64,000 bases of DNA. It comes from an uncultured Acetobacteraceae bacterium (lineage in GTDB: Bacteria > Pseudomonadota > Alphaproteobacteria > Acetobacterales > Acetobacteraceae). The position numbers and the translations under genes were made by a program. The notes under the pieces are model-generated. The model did no database searches and was not told the DNA's origin. It saw only the letters and a list, made by a program, of their open reading frames with translations. The stretch lies in contig CAXTCT010000001.1 in NCBI GenBank assembly GCA_964242565.1, positions 500 to 64,499 of the forward strand, read 5' to 3'. Below, piece by piece: positions 29,664-38,029 of the stretch (within the stretch, counting starts at the first letter, position 1; each line of letters begins with the position of its first letter).

Positions 29664-30032
29664 ATGGCAGACATCGCACATGTCATCGGGTCCGATCTAA
29701 TGGTGAGCCCGACCGGAGATCTCGCCATCGTCGATCTTTCGGACTGGACACAACAGCGGGTGCTGCGACGGCTTTTGACAAATCCTGGCGGATATATTTG
29801 GCAATTGTCCTATGGCGCGGGCCTTCCGGTTATGGTCGGCACGACTGTTTCGGCACAACAGATCAAGGCAATCATACGCAGGCAGATGATCCTGGAAACG
29901 GCGGTGTCGCAGCAACCTGAGCCGGTTGTCGTAATGCAGGGTGGTCAACCCGGAACGGTTTTTGCGACCGTATCATATAACGACGCGCAGACGGGAGTCT
30001 CGCAGATACTCAACGTTCCGGGAACCGGTTGA
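29664..30032 (+). CDS. Baseplate wedge gpW/gp25-like
   Basis: GDL......QQRVLRRLLTNPG.Y.W...YGAGL. Confidence 0.85.
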   Translation: MADIAHVIGSDLMVSPTGDLAIVDLSDWTQQRVLRRLLTNPGGYIWQLSYGAGLPVMVGTTVSAQQIKAIIRRQMILETAVSQQPEPVVVMQGGQPGTVFATVSYNDAQTGVSQILNVPGTG

Positions 30033-31132
30033 TGCAGATCTCCTTGCAGAATTTTTCCGCTTTGGTCGCGAATATGGCTGCCAGTGCGCAAGGTGCTTGT
30101 TCCACTCTGCTCGATGTGACGGTGGGCTCGGTGCTGCGCGCGCTGATAGAGAGTTCGGCCTCCGTAGCACTCTGGTTGCAGTATCTCATCCTGCAGGTAT
30201 TATCGATGACGAGACTGTCGACCAGTTCGGGCAGCGATGCGGACAGCTGGGTCGCCGATTATGGTCTTGTTCGGCTCCCGCCGCTGGCGGCCACCGGCAG
30301 CGTGGTGATGACGTCGTTCAGTCCCGCCTCCCAGGCGGCAACCATCCTGAGCGGGACATCGGTCAAGACCGGCGACGCTTCGCAAAGTTTCGTTGTTATC
30401 GGTGGGCCTTATCAGCGTGCACAGGGCAGTGCTTCCGTTACCGTCCCGGTTATGGCCTCGGTTGCCGGAACTGCGGGCAATGTGCAGGCGGGATCAATTA
30501 CGATCCTGGGAACCGCAATACCGGGCGTGGATACGGTGACCAATCTGCTGCCGTTGACGGGGGGCGCCGCGGCCGAGACCGACACAGCCCTAAGAGCCCG
30601 TTTCGTCACCTACCTGAACACCCGCTCCCAGGCCACCGAGCAGGCCGTCGCGAATGCGATCGCCTCGGTGCAACAGGGTCTGAGCTATGTCATACAGGAG
30701 AACGTCACCTCGGCAGATGTCGCCTTGCCTGGGCACTTCAATATCATTGTTGACGATGGCAGCGGCAGTCCTCCGGCTTCGCTGCTCGCATTGGTTTTCG
30801 CGGCGGTTGACCTGGTCCGGCCGATCGGTTCGAGCTTTTCGGTAACCGCGCCAGTATTGTTGAATGCGGACGTCACGATCCTGCTGACCGGCGCCAATCC
30901 TAGCCTCGCCACAATCACCAGAAATGCGGTGGTATCGGCGGTGACAGGTTATATCGATGCGCTTTCCGTCGGGCAGGCTATGCGCTTCTCGCGCCTTGCC
31001 GGACTGGCCTACGATGCCAGTCCGGACGTGGTTAACGTGGTATCGGTAGAACTCAATGGCGGCAGCGCCGATCTAGGTGGTCAGGCTGACGCTGTCGTAC
31101 GCTGCAGCTCCGTCGTCGTCACGGAAGGCTGA
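30032..31132 (+). CDS. Baseplate J/gp47 protein
   Basis: GSVLRALIE, AATG.V, GTAGNV.AG.I, GG...ETD.ALRARF, VRPIG. Confidence 0.92.
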   Translation: MQISLQNFSALVANMAASAQGACSTLLDVTVGSVLRALIESSASVALWLQYLILQVLSMTRLSTSSGSDADSWVADYGLVRLPPLAATGSVVMTSFSPASQAATILSGTSVKTGDASQSFVVIGGPYQRAQGSASVTVPVMASVAGTAGNVQAGSITILGTAIPGVDTVTNLLPLTGGAAAETDTALRARFVTYLNTRSQATEQAVANAIASVQQGLSYVIQENVTSADVALPGHFNIIVDDGSGSPPASLLALVFAAVDLVRPIGSSFSVTAPVLLNADVTILLTGANPSLATITRNAVVSAVTGYIDALSVGQAMRFSRLAGLAYDASPDVVNVVSVELNGGSADLGGQADAVVRCSSVVVTEG

Positions 31133-31134
31133 TC

Positions 31135-32475
31135 ATGGCACCGTTTTCCAACAATGGCGGCAGCGTCGGCAGTGTTGCGGATATGTCGGCGCGACTGCGA
31201 TCGACTTTGCCGACCGGATGGTTTCCCGTGTCACCGCCGGCGCCTGCGCCAACTGCTACTCCGGTGCTCGATGGGTTGCTGGCGGGGTTGGCTCAGGCCT
31301 GGTCCTTCTGTTACGGCCTGCTTGCCGCGGTCGGAGCGCAGACACGACTGGCAACGGCCCACGGCGGCTTCCTCGACATGATTTCGGTGGATTTCTTTGG
31401 GTCAGATCTCCCTCGCAGGAATGGGGAAGCCGACGATAGTTTTCGTAACCGGATCGGCATCAGCCTGATTAGCCGTCGAGGTACGCGGCAGGATGTCATT
31501 CGTGAAGTCTCCGCCCTCACCGGATCGCCCCCTGCCGTGTGCGAACCGACCCATGCCGCTGATTGCGGTGGCTACGGCGGAGCCGGCAACCCGGGCGTCG
31601 GGGGCGGGTTCGGCTATGGCTACCCCGGCCTGTGTTATGGGTCGGCCTCGCTTGGGTTTCAGTATCTGTTGAATGTCGGGCATCAGGCCGCCTTCGCGCC
31701 GGGCTGGGTCAGCACCAGGCAGGGGCCAGCGACCTTCGTCGACGGTAACGGCCTTATCCAGTGGGCGCCCCCGCGGGTGTTGCGACCCGATTACCGGCAG
31801 GCGGCCTGTGTCGGCGCTCTACTGGAGCCGAGAGGCTTCAATCTCATTCTTGACAGTCGCTTCTGGACGGGCTTCGCGCAATCAGGCGCGGCTGATGCTA
31901 CATGGCTGGCCGATCCGGCCATCGCAGGCCTGTTTGGAAGCGATCTCGTCATGAAGGTTTCGACAGGGCCCGGGAGCGGTATGCTGGGTCCCTCGATTGA
32001 CGTTGCCGTTGGAGGCTCGATCGTTTGCGGCTCGGCCTGGATTCTTTTCGAGTCAGGATCAGGCGTCACAGATCTCAAACTTGTCATGACCGATCTCAGC
32101 GATCCGGGTAATGCCATTCATGCAGCGGCGGACGTGACCAAGCCCGGGCAGTGGCAAAGGCTGAGTGCTTCGTTGCAGACGCAGGCTGCGGCGGGAAGAA
32201 ACTTCCGGATCGGCCTGCTGGTTTCATGTGCAAGCGGCCCGCAGTCTTCCCTGATCACGCAATGCTGGCAGGTCGAGCCGGGCCTTGTCGCGACGAGCTA
32301 TATTCCGACGTCGGGCACCCTGGGCATCCGTGCGCAGGACGATATCGTCAGCGTGGCTCCCGCGGTGCCAGCGCCTGCGTATGCGCCGTCGGACGTGCTG
32401 GACGTGGTGGCATCCACCATACCGGCCGCGACGATCGCCTGGACCGCTGTCTCCTCACCATCAGTCACGGGATGA
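31135..32475 (+). CDS. Baseplate wedge (gpI-like) with an inserted head-spike-fibre-like domain
   Basis: LP..WF, TA.G.FLD....DFFG..L.RR.GE.D..FR.RI, GTR; insert 31711-32343 TR...ATFVDG.G...GALLE....NL...WQR...QVE.G..ATSYIPT....RA.D; resumes with V....PA.TIAW. Confidence 0.8.
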   Translation: MAPFSNNGGSVGSVADMSARLRSTLPTGWFPVSPPAPAPTATPVLDGLLAGLAQAWSFCYGLLAAVGAQTRLATAHGGFLDMISVDFFGSDLPRRNGEADDSFRNRIGISLISRRGTRQDVIREVSALTGSPPAVCEPTHAADCGGYGGAGNPGVGGGFGYGYPGLCYGSASLGFQYLLNVGHQAAFAPGWVSTRQGPATFVDGNGLIQWAPPRVLRPDYRQAACVGALLEPRGFNLILDSRFWTGFAQSGAADATWLADPAIAGLFGSDLVMKVSTGPGSGMLGPSIDVAVGGSIVCGSAWILFESGSGVTDLKLVMTDLSDPGNAIHAAADVTKPGQWQRLSASLQTQAAAGRNFRIGLLVSCASGPQSSLITQCWQVEPGLVATSYIPTSGTLGIRAQDDIVSVAPAVPAPAYAPSDVLDVVASTIPAATIAWTAVSSPSVTG

Positions 32476-32524
32476 TAGGCCGAGACCTGCACCCGCAGAC
32501 GAATATCCAGCTGGAGCAAAATGA

Positions 32525-33844
32525 TTGGACCGCCAAATCGTCTATGTCGGCGCTGTTCCGCTCGATACGGATCAGCTCCTGCAATCACGCCACACGATGA
32601 TCGGGCTTGGCTATCTCACCAAGATGGTCGTTGGTGATGACGCCTCCTACGCGGACGGATTATCCTGCAATCCGGGACAGGGCTTGTCTGTCGTCATCGG
32701 CCCAGGCAGCCTGACGTCTCCAACTGTTGTCGACGCGGCGTTCATTGGCCTACTTCCGCCGAATGGCGATCCGCTCGTAAAAATGGGCATCAACACGGCT
32801 TCTGTCGTGTTGTCGATCGGTGGATCGGGAAGCTGGCTGATCTCGGCCAGCGTCGCCGAAGCGCAGGCCGGCGATGCGGTTGTTGCCTATTATAACGCGG
32901 CGATGCCGACGCAGACCTTGTTCGGGCCTGGCGGTAATGGAGCGGCGCAAGCCAGCGTCGTGCAGCAACGTGTCGCCCTGAGTGTCAGCAGCACCCCGGC
33001 ATCCTCCGGTGGCGCGAGCTCCGGTGGGACAGTGCCGTTGTGGATCGTAGACCTGCCGGCCGGGGCGACCGCGATCACCTCTGACATGATCAGCATCGCG
33101 CCGGGCGCACCCTTCCTGCCCGTCAAGCTTCCGGCGGCAGCGCCGCTGGCGTCTCCGACCTTCACCGGAACCCCAAACGCGCCCACTCCTGCCGTCGGCG
33201 ACGTCAGCAGCCTGCTGGCGACGACTGCGTTCGTCTCGGCCGCCTCACGACGTGCCCGGGCGGTATGGACAAAGGCCGGCAGCTACGTCTGGACCTGTCC
33301 AAGCGGTGTTTCGCAGGTTCTTCTGCGAGGCTGGGGGCCGGGAGGGGCCGGCGGTATCGGTTCGGGAGGATACCCCGGCGGCGGCGGCGGCGGCGGCGGC
33401 TATCTCGAGGTCCTGCTCGATGTGGAGCCGGGCCAGATCTACGCCGTGTTGGTTGGAGCAGGCGGCACCAACCTGGTGTCCTCGACCACGACAGGATTCG
33501 GCGGAATCCTTTCGGTCTTCGGCGGCGGCAACGGCGGCAATGGTGGTGCTGGACAAAGCGGAGCCGGGGGAACCGCAGGAAGCGACGCCGTCCTGCAGCT
33601 GGAGGCCTTGTCCAACCCAGGCGCCAGTACCGGACAAGCCGGCTATGTTCTCGGCGGTGTCGGCATCGGCGGGGCAGGAGGCCCTACTTTCGGAACCGGC
33701 TCAGGCCATCCAACGATTGGCGGCACAGTGGGCGCCGCAGGGTTGTGGCCAGGCGGAGGCGGATCCGGAGGCACGAACGGCGCCGGAGGCACAGGCGCCA
33801 GCGGCCTGTTGATCCTGGAATGGTGTGGCAACGCGACGGCCTGA
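32525..33844 (+). CDS. Tail fibre protein with glycine-rich C-terminal domain
   Basis: MDRQIVY start (TTG), APLASPTFTGTP.APT......LATTAFV fibre repeat, W.CP.GV......G.GG.GG glycine-rich domain. Confidence 0.85.
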   Translation: MDRQIVYVGAVPLDTDQLLQSRHTMIGLGYLTKMVVGDDASYADGLSCNPGQGLSVVIGPGSLTSPTVVDAAFIGLLPPNGDPLVKMGINTASVVLSIGGSGSWLISASVAEAQAGDAVVAYYNAAMPTQTLFGPGGNGAAQASVVQQRVALSVSSTPASSGGASSGGTVPLWIVDLPAGATAITSDMISIAPGAPFLPVKLPAAAPLASPTFTGTPNAPTPAVGDVSSLLATTAFVSAASRRARAVWTKAGSYVWTCPSGVSQVLLRGWGPGGAGGIGSGGYPGGGGGGGGYLEVLLDVEPGQIYAVLVGAGGTNLVSSTTTGFGGILSVFGGGNGGNGGAGQSGAGGTAGSDAVLQLEALSNPGASTGQAGYVLGGVGIGGAGGPTFGTGSGHPTIGGTVGAAGLWPGGGGSGGTNGAGGTGASGLLILEWCGNATA

Positions 33845-33900
33845 AATGGTCTTCGCACAGATGCCAGTCTTGGACCTAAAGCGACAAGGTGCAATGGACC

Positions 33901-34614
33901 ATGGAAACCAATTTTGCGTCCTGCCTTGTGTTCACGCAAGCAGAAGAAGGCGGCTATGTCGCCGACCGCCGCGACTCAGGCAACTGGACCAGCGGACATG
34001 TTGGAGACGGGGTGCTTGTCGGGTCGAACATGGGCGTCGGCGCGCCTACGCTGCTGGCATGGATGGGCCCAGACGGGATCATAACCGCAGAACTGATGCG
34101 CAATCTGCGTTTCTCGACCTACGAGGCCATAGCGCGATGCCAGTATTGGGAACCGCTCGGGTGTGGCGCGGTTCCCGAAGGCATTGACCTCATGCTTTTC
34201 GATTACGGTTGGAACCGAGGAATAGCGACATCGCTAAACAGTCTTGCGGAATGCCTCAACGTCCTCCGCGAGGGGAGCAGCCTAACGACCTCCGCTACGG
34301 TTGCGGATGCTCTCCAGCAGATCTCGGCAGCTGCTTTGCTTCGACAGCTTGCCAGGGACGGCGTGAGGATCCTGCAACGGATGCTGCGGGTCCCGGATGA
34401 CGGACTTGCCGGACCTCAAACAACGGCAGCCTTCGGTACAAGAAGAGATCTGCGCGTCATCGCGCTCATCCTGGCGCTGTCGGCGGCGCAAGTAGCTTCC
34501 TATCGGCTTCTGGCGAATTTCGCCGTCTATGGCGAAGGCTGGTTGGCGCGCGCGGCACGTCGCCAAACGACGGCAGTTTTTCTGGCTCAGCAGGCGATGA
34601 GAACCGGAACCTGA
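33901..34614 (+). CDS. Endolysin, glycoside hydrolase family 108
   Basis: EEGGYV....D.G, SNMGV, YW, LFDYGWN.G, LQR.L.V.DDG..GP.T, YG.GW..R. Confidence 0.88.
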   Translation: METNFASCLVFTQAEEGGYVADRRDSGNWTSGHVGDGVLVGSNMGVGAPTLLAWMGPDGIITAELMRNLRFSTYEAIARCQYWEPLGCGAVPEGIDLMLFDYGWNRGIATSLNSLAECLNVLREGSSLTTSATVADALQQISAAALLRQLARDGVRILQRMLRVPDDGLAGPQTTAAFGTRRDLRVIALILALSAAQVASYRLLANFAVYGEGWLARAARRQTTAVFLAQQAMRTGT

Positions 34615-34642
34615 AAATCGAAAATCAAGGAAAGGTTAGAAG

Positions 34643-34927
34643 ATGAAATTCGTCTCAATGGTTTTTGCAAGACTGAGAGAGCCCTCAACCTATGCAGGGC
34701 TCTCAGCCATCTGTGTTGCGGTGTCGATGGCTCTGAGTTTGGCTGGAACGGCACGCTACGTTGCGCTGCTGGTCGCGCTGGTGACAGGGATCGGAGCGGT
34801 TGCCAAGTCCGAGCATGACCCCAAGCTGTCTGCTGCCATGGACGAGGCCGCCCAACTGATTCCGGTGTTGGCCACGACCGCTGTGTCCGTTGAGGCCCTG
34901 CTTCCGATCAGGTCGAAGTCGCCCTAA
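34643..34927 (+). CDS. Putative holin
   Basis: Two hydrophobic segments after RLREPSTYAGL; follows the endolysin. Confidence 0.7.
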   Translation: MKFVSMVFARLREPSTYAGLSAICVAVSMALSLAGTARYVALLVALVTGIGAVAKSEHDPKLSAAMDEAAQLIPVLATTAVSVEALLPIRSKSP

Positions 34928-35682
34928 ATTGGGTTCTGATCCCGTTCGAATGCGCTGAGCGGGGCGCCGATGAAGTCGGTCGGACCGGTATGGGTCAGGG
35001 AAGATCTCGTGTCCATCCAGATCTGGCCACCGAGTCCGCGCCACCGATGGCAGAAGGCGAAATCCTCACTGAGGTAGGTCCGCGTCACCGGGTCAATCAT
35101 GCAATCGAACAAGGCGTAAGGCGTGAGTTTGGCGGCACCTGTCTGGGAATAAGCGTGTATCGTTTGATATTGTGTGTCCGGGTAGGCCTCGATCATGCGC
35201 AGGATGGCCGAGCGACTGATCAGCATGAACCCTGTCCCGACATAGGTGGCCGTCGCAAGATCGCCCTCCCGTTCCGCGAGGGGCCCCTCGCACAACTCGC
35301 CAACATAGCGCAGCCCGGCGGTGCTGGCCGGCTCGCCACGGCGCATGCGCTGGTCCGCATGGCCATCCCAGTAATGGGTCTTGAGCGGATAGCTGGCGGC
35401 GACCACGTCCTTTGCGGAGGCAATCAGCCGCTGGACCAGGGCCGGATCAAAACTGATGTCGCTATCAATGAACAGGATATGGGTGGCGGTCTCGCTTGCC
35501 ATGAAATGAGCAAGCAGCGTGTTGCGGCTGCGGGTGATCAGGGCGTCTTGTCCCAGCAGGGCCAGGGTGACGTCATAGCCATCGTCAGCGGCCCTTCGCA
35601 TGATTCCGATGACCGATTGCATGTATCCTTGTGCGACAACGCCGCCATAACAGGGTGTGGCAAGAAATACGTGAGGGCGCAT
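34924..35682 (-). CDS. GT-A fold (GT2-like) glycosyltransferase-related protein
   Basis: ATPCYGG, LITRSRN, THILFIDSDI (DxD), GTGFMLI, LSEDFAFC.RW. Confidence 0.75.
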   Translation of the reverse strand: MRPHVFLATPCYGGVVAQGYMQSVIGIMRRAADDGYDVTLALLGQDALITRSRNTLLAHFMASETATHILFIDSDISFDPALVQRLIASAKDVVAASYPLKTHYWDGHADQRMRRGEPASTAGLRYVGELCEGPLAEREGDLATATYVGTGFMLISRSAILRMIEAYPDTQYQTIHAYSQTGAAKLTPYALFDCMIDPVTRTYLSEDFAFCHRWRGLGGQIWMDTRSSLTHTGPTDFIGAPLSAFERDQNPI

Positions 35683-35751
35683 CGCCGGCAGGCTCCTGTT
35701 GCCAGCACACTCTAGTCGAGAATGATCACCAACTGTTTAATTTCAAGACCC

Positions 35752-36552
35752 TCAGCGATGGCGGTAGTCACCCATCATCGCCCAGACCAGAGGTTCGATC
35801 CTTGTGGCCAAGTCCGCCTGCGCAGCAGCGTCGGGATGCAAGGGCGGGTCGGGCGGATTGAGTCGCGGATCATAGAACCGGGTCGGATCGGCGTGGCCGT
35901 GCGTTTCGAGAATCGAGCCGACGTCGATGTAATGCAGCCATGGACCTTCCGTGGAGGGCAAGCTAGCCAGGCGTTCATTAAGCCGCTTCGTGTTGTTCGT
36001 CACCCAAGACGAGCGGATCGACGGCAACACTCCGATGAGCAGCAACTGCGTCATCGGTAGGCGGTGATGCAGCAGATCAATGACCGTGACGATCCCGGCA
36101 TAGGTCTGTTCCGCGTCGGTGTGGATATGACCAAAGTTATTGGCGCCGATCAGCAGGATCGCGGCTTTCGGTCGTATGCCGTCAAGCTCGCCATGCTCGA
36201 GGCGCCAAAGCAGATGGCAGGTGCTATCGCCCTTGAAGCCCAGGTTGACTGCATGGCGGTCGCCATAGAAGCGCCTCCAGGTGGGAGCAAAGTCGCGCCA
36301 GGGTTCCGGACCGTCCTTTTCCCAGTTCTGGGTGATCGAATCTCCGAGCCATAGCAGATCGATCGGTCCGTGTTTGAGTGCGGCCTGCTTCGCCTCGAAA
36401 CGTTGCCGCCAGAACGGCGTATCCATTCGCGATACCGGCATGGTAGCGGTCGATGCGGGCGCTCCCGCGGCCAGCAGGACCGGCAGCATGAGTGCCAGGA
36501 TCAGCCGAATGGCCGATCTGCACGTCTTCCGCATCATGATCCATCTAGACAT
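35752..36552 (-). CDS. SGNH/GDSL hydrolase, exported
   Basis: GDSIT, NLGFKGD, LIGANN, LHP; signal peptide. Confidence 0.88.
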   Translation of the reverse strand: MSRWIMMRKTCRSAIRLILALMLPVLLAAGAPASTATMPVSRMDTPFWRQRFEAKQAALKHGPIDLLWLGDSITQNWEKDGPEPWRDFAPTWRRFYGDRHAVNLGFKGDSTCHLLWRLEHGELDGIRPKAAILLIGANNFGHIHTDAEQTYAGIVTVIDLLHHRLPMTQLLLIGVLPSIRSSWVTNNTKRLNERLASLPSTEGPWLHYIDVGSILETHGHADPTRFYDPRLNPPDPPLHPDAAAQADLATRIEPLVWAMMGDYRHR

Positions 36553-37387
36553 AAAGTATGGCGAAGCTGGCCATGCCGAAGACCATGCAGTAGATGGCGA
36601 AAGGGCTCATCGCCCACTGCTCGTGCGATCGGAAATACCGCATCAGGAACGCCGTGCTGGCGAAAGCCGTAACGGCGGCCACGACCGCGGCAATGATCTC
36701 CGGACCCCAACTCACGACAGTGACGCCAGACCTGCGCAGGTGCGCCGCCTGGTCAGCGGTGGCGGCAAGGATGATCGGTGTTGCGATCAAGAACGAAAAG
36801 CGCGCGGCGCCCTGATGGTCGATGCCGCGCAAGACACCACCGATGATCGTGGCGCCGGAACGCGATATCCCTGGGATGAAGGCGAGGCATTGCCACAGTC
36901 CGATGATGACGGCATCCTGCCAGTTCAGGCTCGCGATGGGGCGGTGTATGGTCTGCGAACCGCCCCGACGCAAACGCTCTCCAGCCAGCAGCATCGCACC
37001 ATTCACCACCAGGAAGATGGCCGCCACCTGGGGCGTGCCAAACAGGCGGCGCAGGAAATTCTCGAACAGAAAGGCGAGAATGACTCCGGGGACGGTGGCC
37101 AGAATGATGAGCCAGGTGATGTGCCGGCTCTCGCGCACCATCGATGCCAACCCAATGCCGAGGATGCCCCGTGCCAGCGCCACCCAGTCGCGCCAGAAAT
37201 ACAGCAACAGCGCGCACGCGGTGCCGAGATGTAACGTCACCAGGAAGGGCAGGAAGGCGGGACCGCGCTGATCGATGTTCCAGTGCAGGATGGCCGGGAC
37301 TATCACCGCGTGCGCCAGGCTGCTGACCGGGAACAATTCTGTCACGCCCTGCAGGACAGCGATGATCAATGCTTGGATGGTCGTCAT
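36545..37387 (-). CDS. uppP: Undecaprenyl-diphosphate phosphatase
   Basis: QGVTELFPVSS..H, HLGT, PGISRSGATI, ARFSFL. Confidence 0.93.
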   Translation of the reverse strand: MTTIQALIIAVLQGVTELFPVSSLAHAVIVPAILHWNIDQRGPAFLPFLVTLHLGTACALLLYFWRDWVALARGILGIGLASMVRESRHITWLIILATVPGVILAFLFENFLRRLFGTPQVAAIFLVVNGAMLLAGERLRRGGSQTIHRPIASLNWQDAVIIGLWQCLAFIPGISRSGATIIGGVLRGIDHQGAARFSFLIATPIILAATADQAAHLRRSGVTVVSWGPEIIAAVVAAVTAFASTAFLMRYFRSHEQWAMSPFAIYCMVFGMASFAILYV

Positions 37388-37558
37388 GTCGCTGCGGTCC
37401 GGACCGTTTAAGAAAGCGGTGTTGCCGTAGTCTGCTTCCCTCTGCAAGAGTTTGATCCCCGCTGCATGCGCGTGGCTTTGATCCGGAGGCCTCATGTGCT
37501 AGGGTTCGAGAGGTGAGTAATATGCAAATCATGGTAGACTGCTTGATCCGGCGTTCGC

Positions 37559-38026
37559 TTGCCAAGTCATAGCGGAACCGCAGGAGTTGCCAGTGCCGCG
37601 GTTCTTGCGGTGACGGCGACCTTTTACACCTATGCGCTAACGCGACAGCAGGATGGGGGTCACGCCCGGTATCCCCTCCAGGCGGTATTCTTGTCGTCCA
37701 ACGGCCTGCACACCGGTGCAGACGTGCGGCTTGCTGGCGTCAGGGTCGGCACCGTGACATCTATTATTCTCGACACGACCACGTTTGTGACCCGCGTAGG
37801 CTTCACTATGGACGACCGGTATCGTCTGCCGTCCGATACCAGCCTCAGCGTCGGCAGCAGCGGCTTCACGGCAGCCAACGCGCTGATGGTCAGTCCGGGG
37901 CATTCCGGGCGGATGCTGGCTTCCGGCGCGACTATCCACGACACCCACGAAATGATGAGTCTCGAACAGACGGTCAGCCAATATATCTTTGGCTCTGGTG
38001 GTCTTGGGAACGGCAGCAGCCCGTAG
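37559..38026 (+). CDS. MlaD/MCE family protein
   Basis: N-terminal TM segment, GL..GADVRLAGVRVG.V; start uncertain. Confidence 0.82.
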   Translation: MPSHSGTAGVASAAVLAVTATFYTYALTRQQDGGHARYPLQAVFLSSNGLHTGADVRLAGVRVGTVTSIILDTTTFVTRVGFTMDDRYRLPSDTSLSVGSSGFTAANALMVSPGHSGRMLASGATIHDTHEMMSLEQTVSQYIFGSGGLGNGSSP

Positions 38027-38029
38027 AGA

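Larger units (their letters stand above)
11319..34927 (+). mobile_element. Phage-derived virion gene cluster (defective prophage or GTA-like element with contractile tail)
   Basis: About 28 co-oriented genes in packaging-head-neck-sheath-tube-baseplate-fibre-lysis order downstream of tRNA-Ser; no integrase, repressor or replication gene seen. Confidence 0.92.

Noticed and set aside
33376-33400. GGC tandem repeat
   Set aside because: Encodes the poly-Gly motif of the fibre's glycine-rich domain; an in-frame triplet run, not a phase-variation tract
11319-34927. Interpretation as an R-type tailocin, eCIS or T6SS
   Set aside because: Terminase, portal, scaffold and capsid genes are present; no eCIS AAA ATPase or T6SS membrane complex is seen
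10276-34927. Interpretation as a complete inducible prophage
   Set aside because: No integrase, replication or immunity genes and no perfect att duplication within the window; helper functions elsewhere in the genome cannot be excluded
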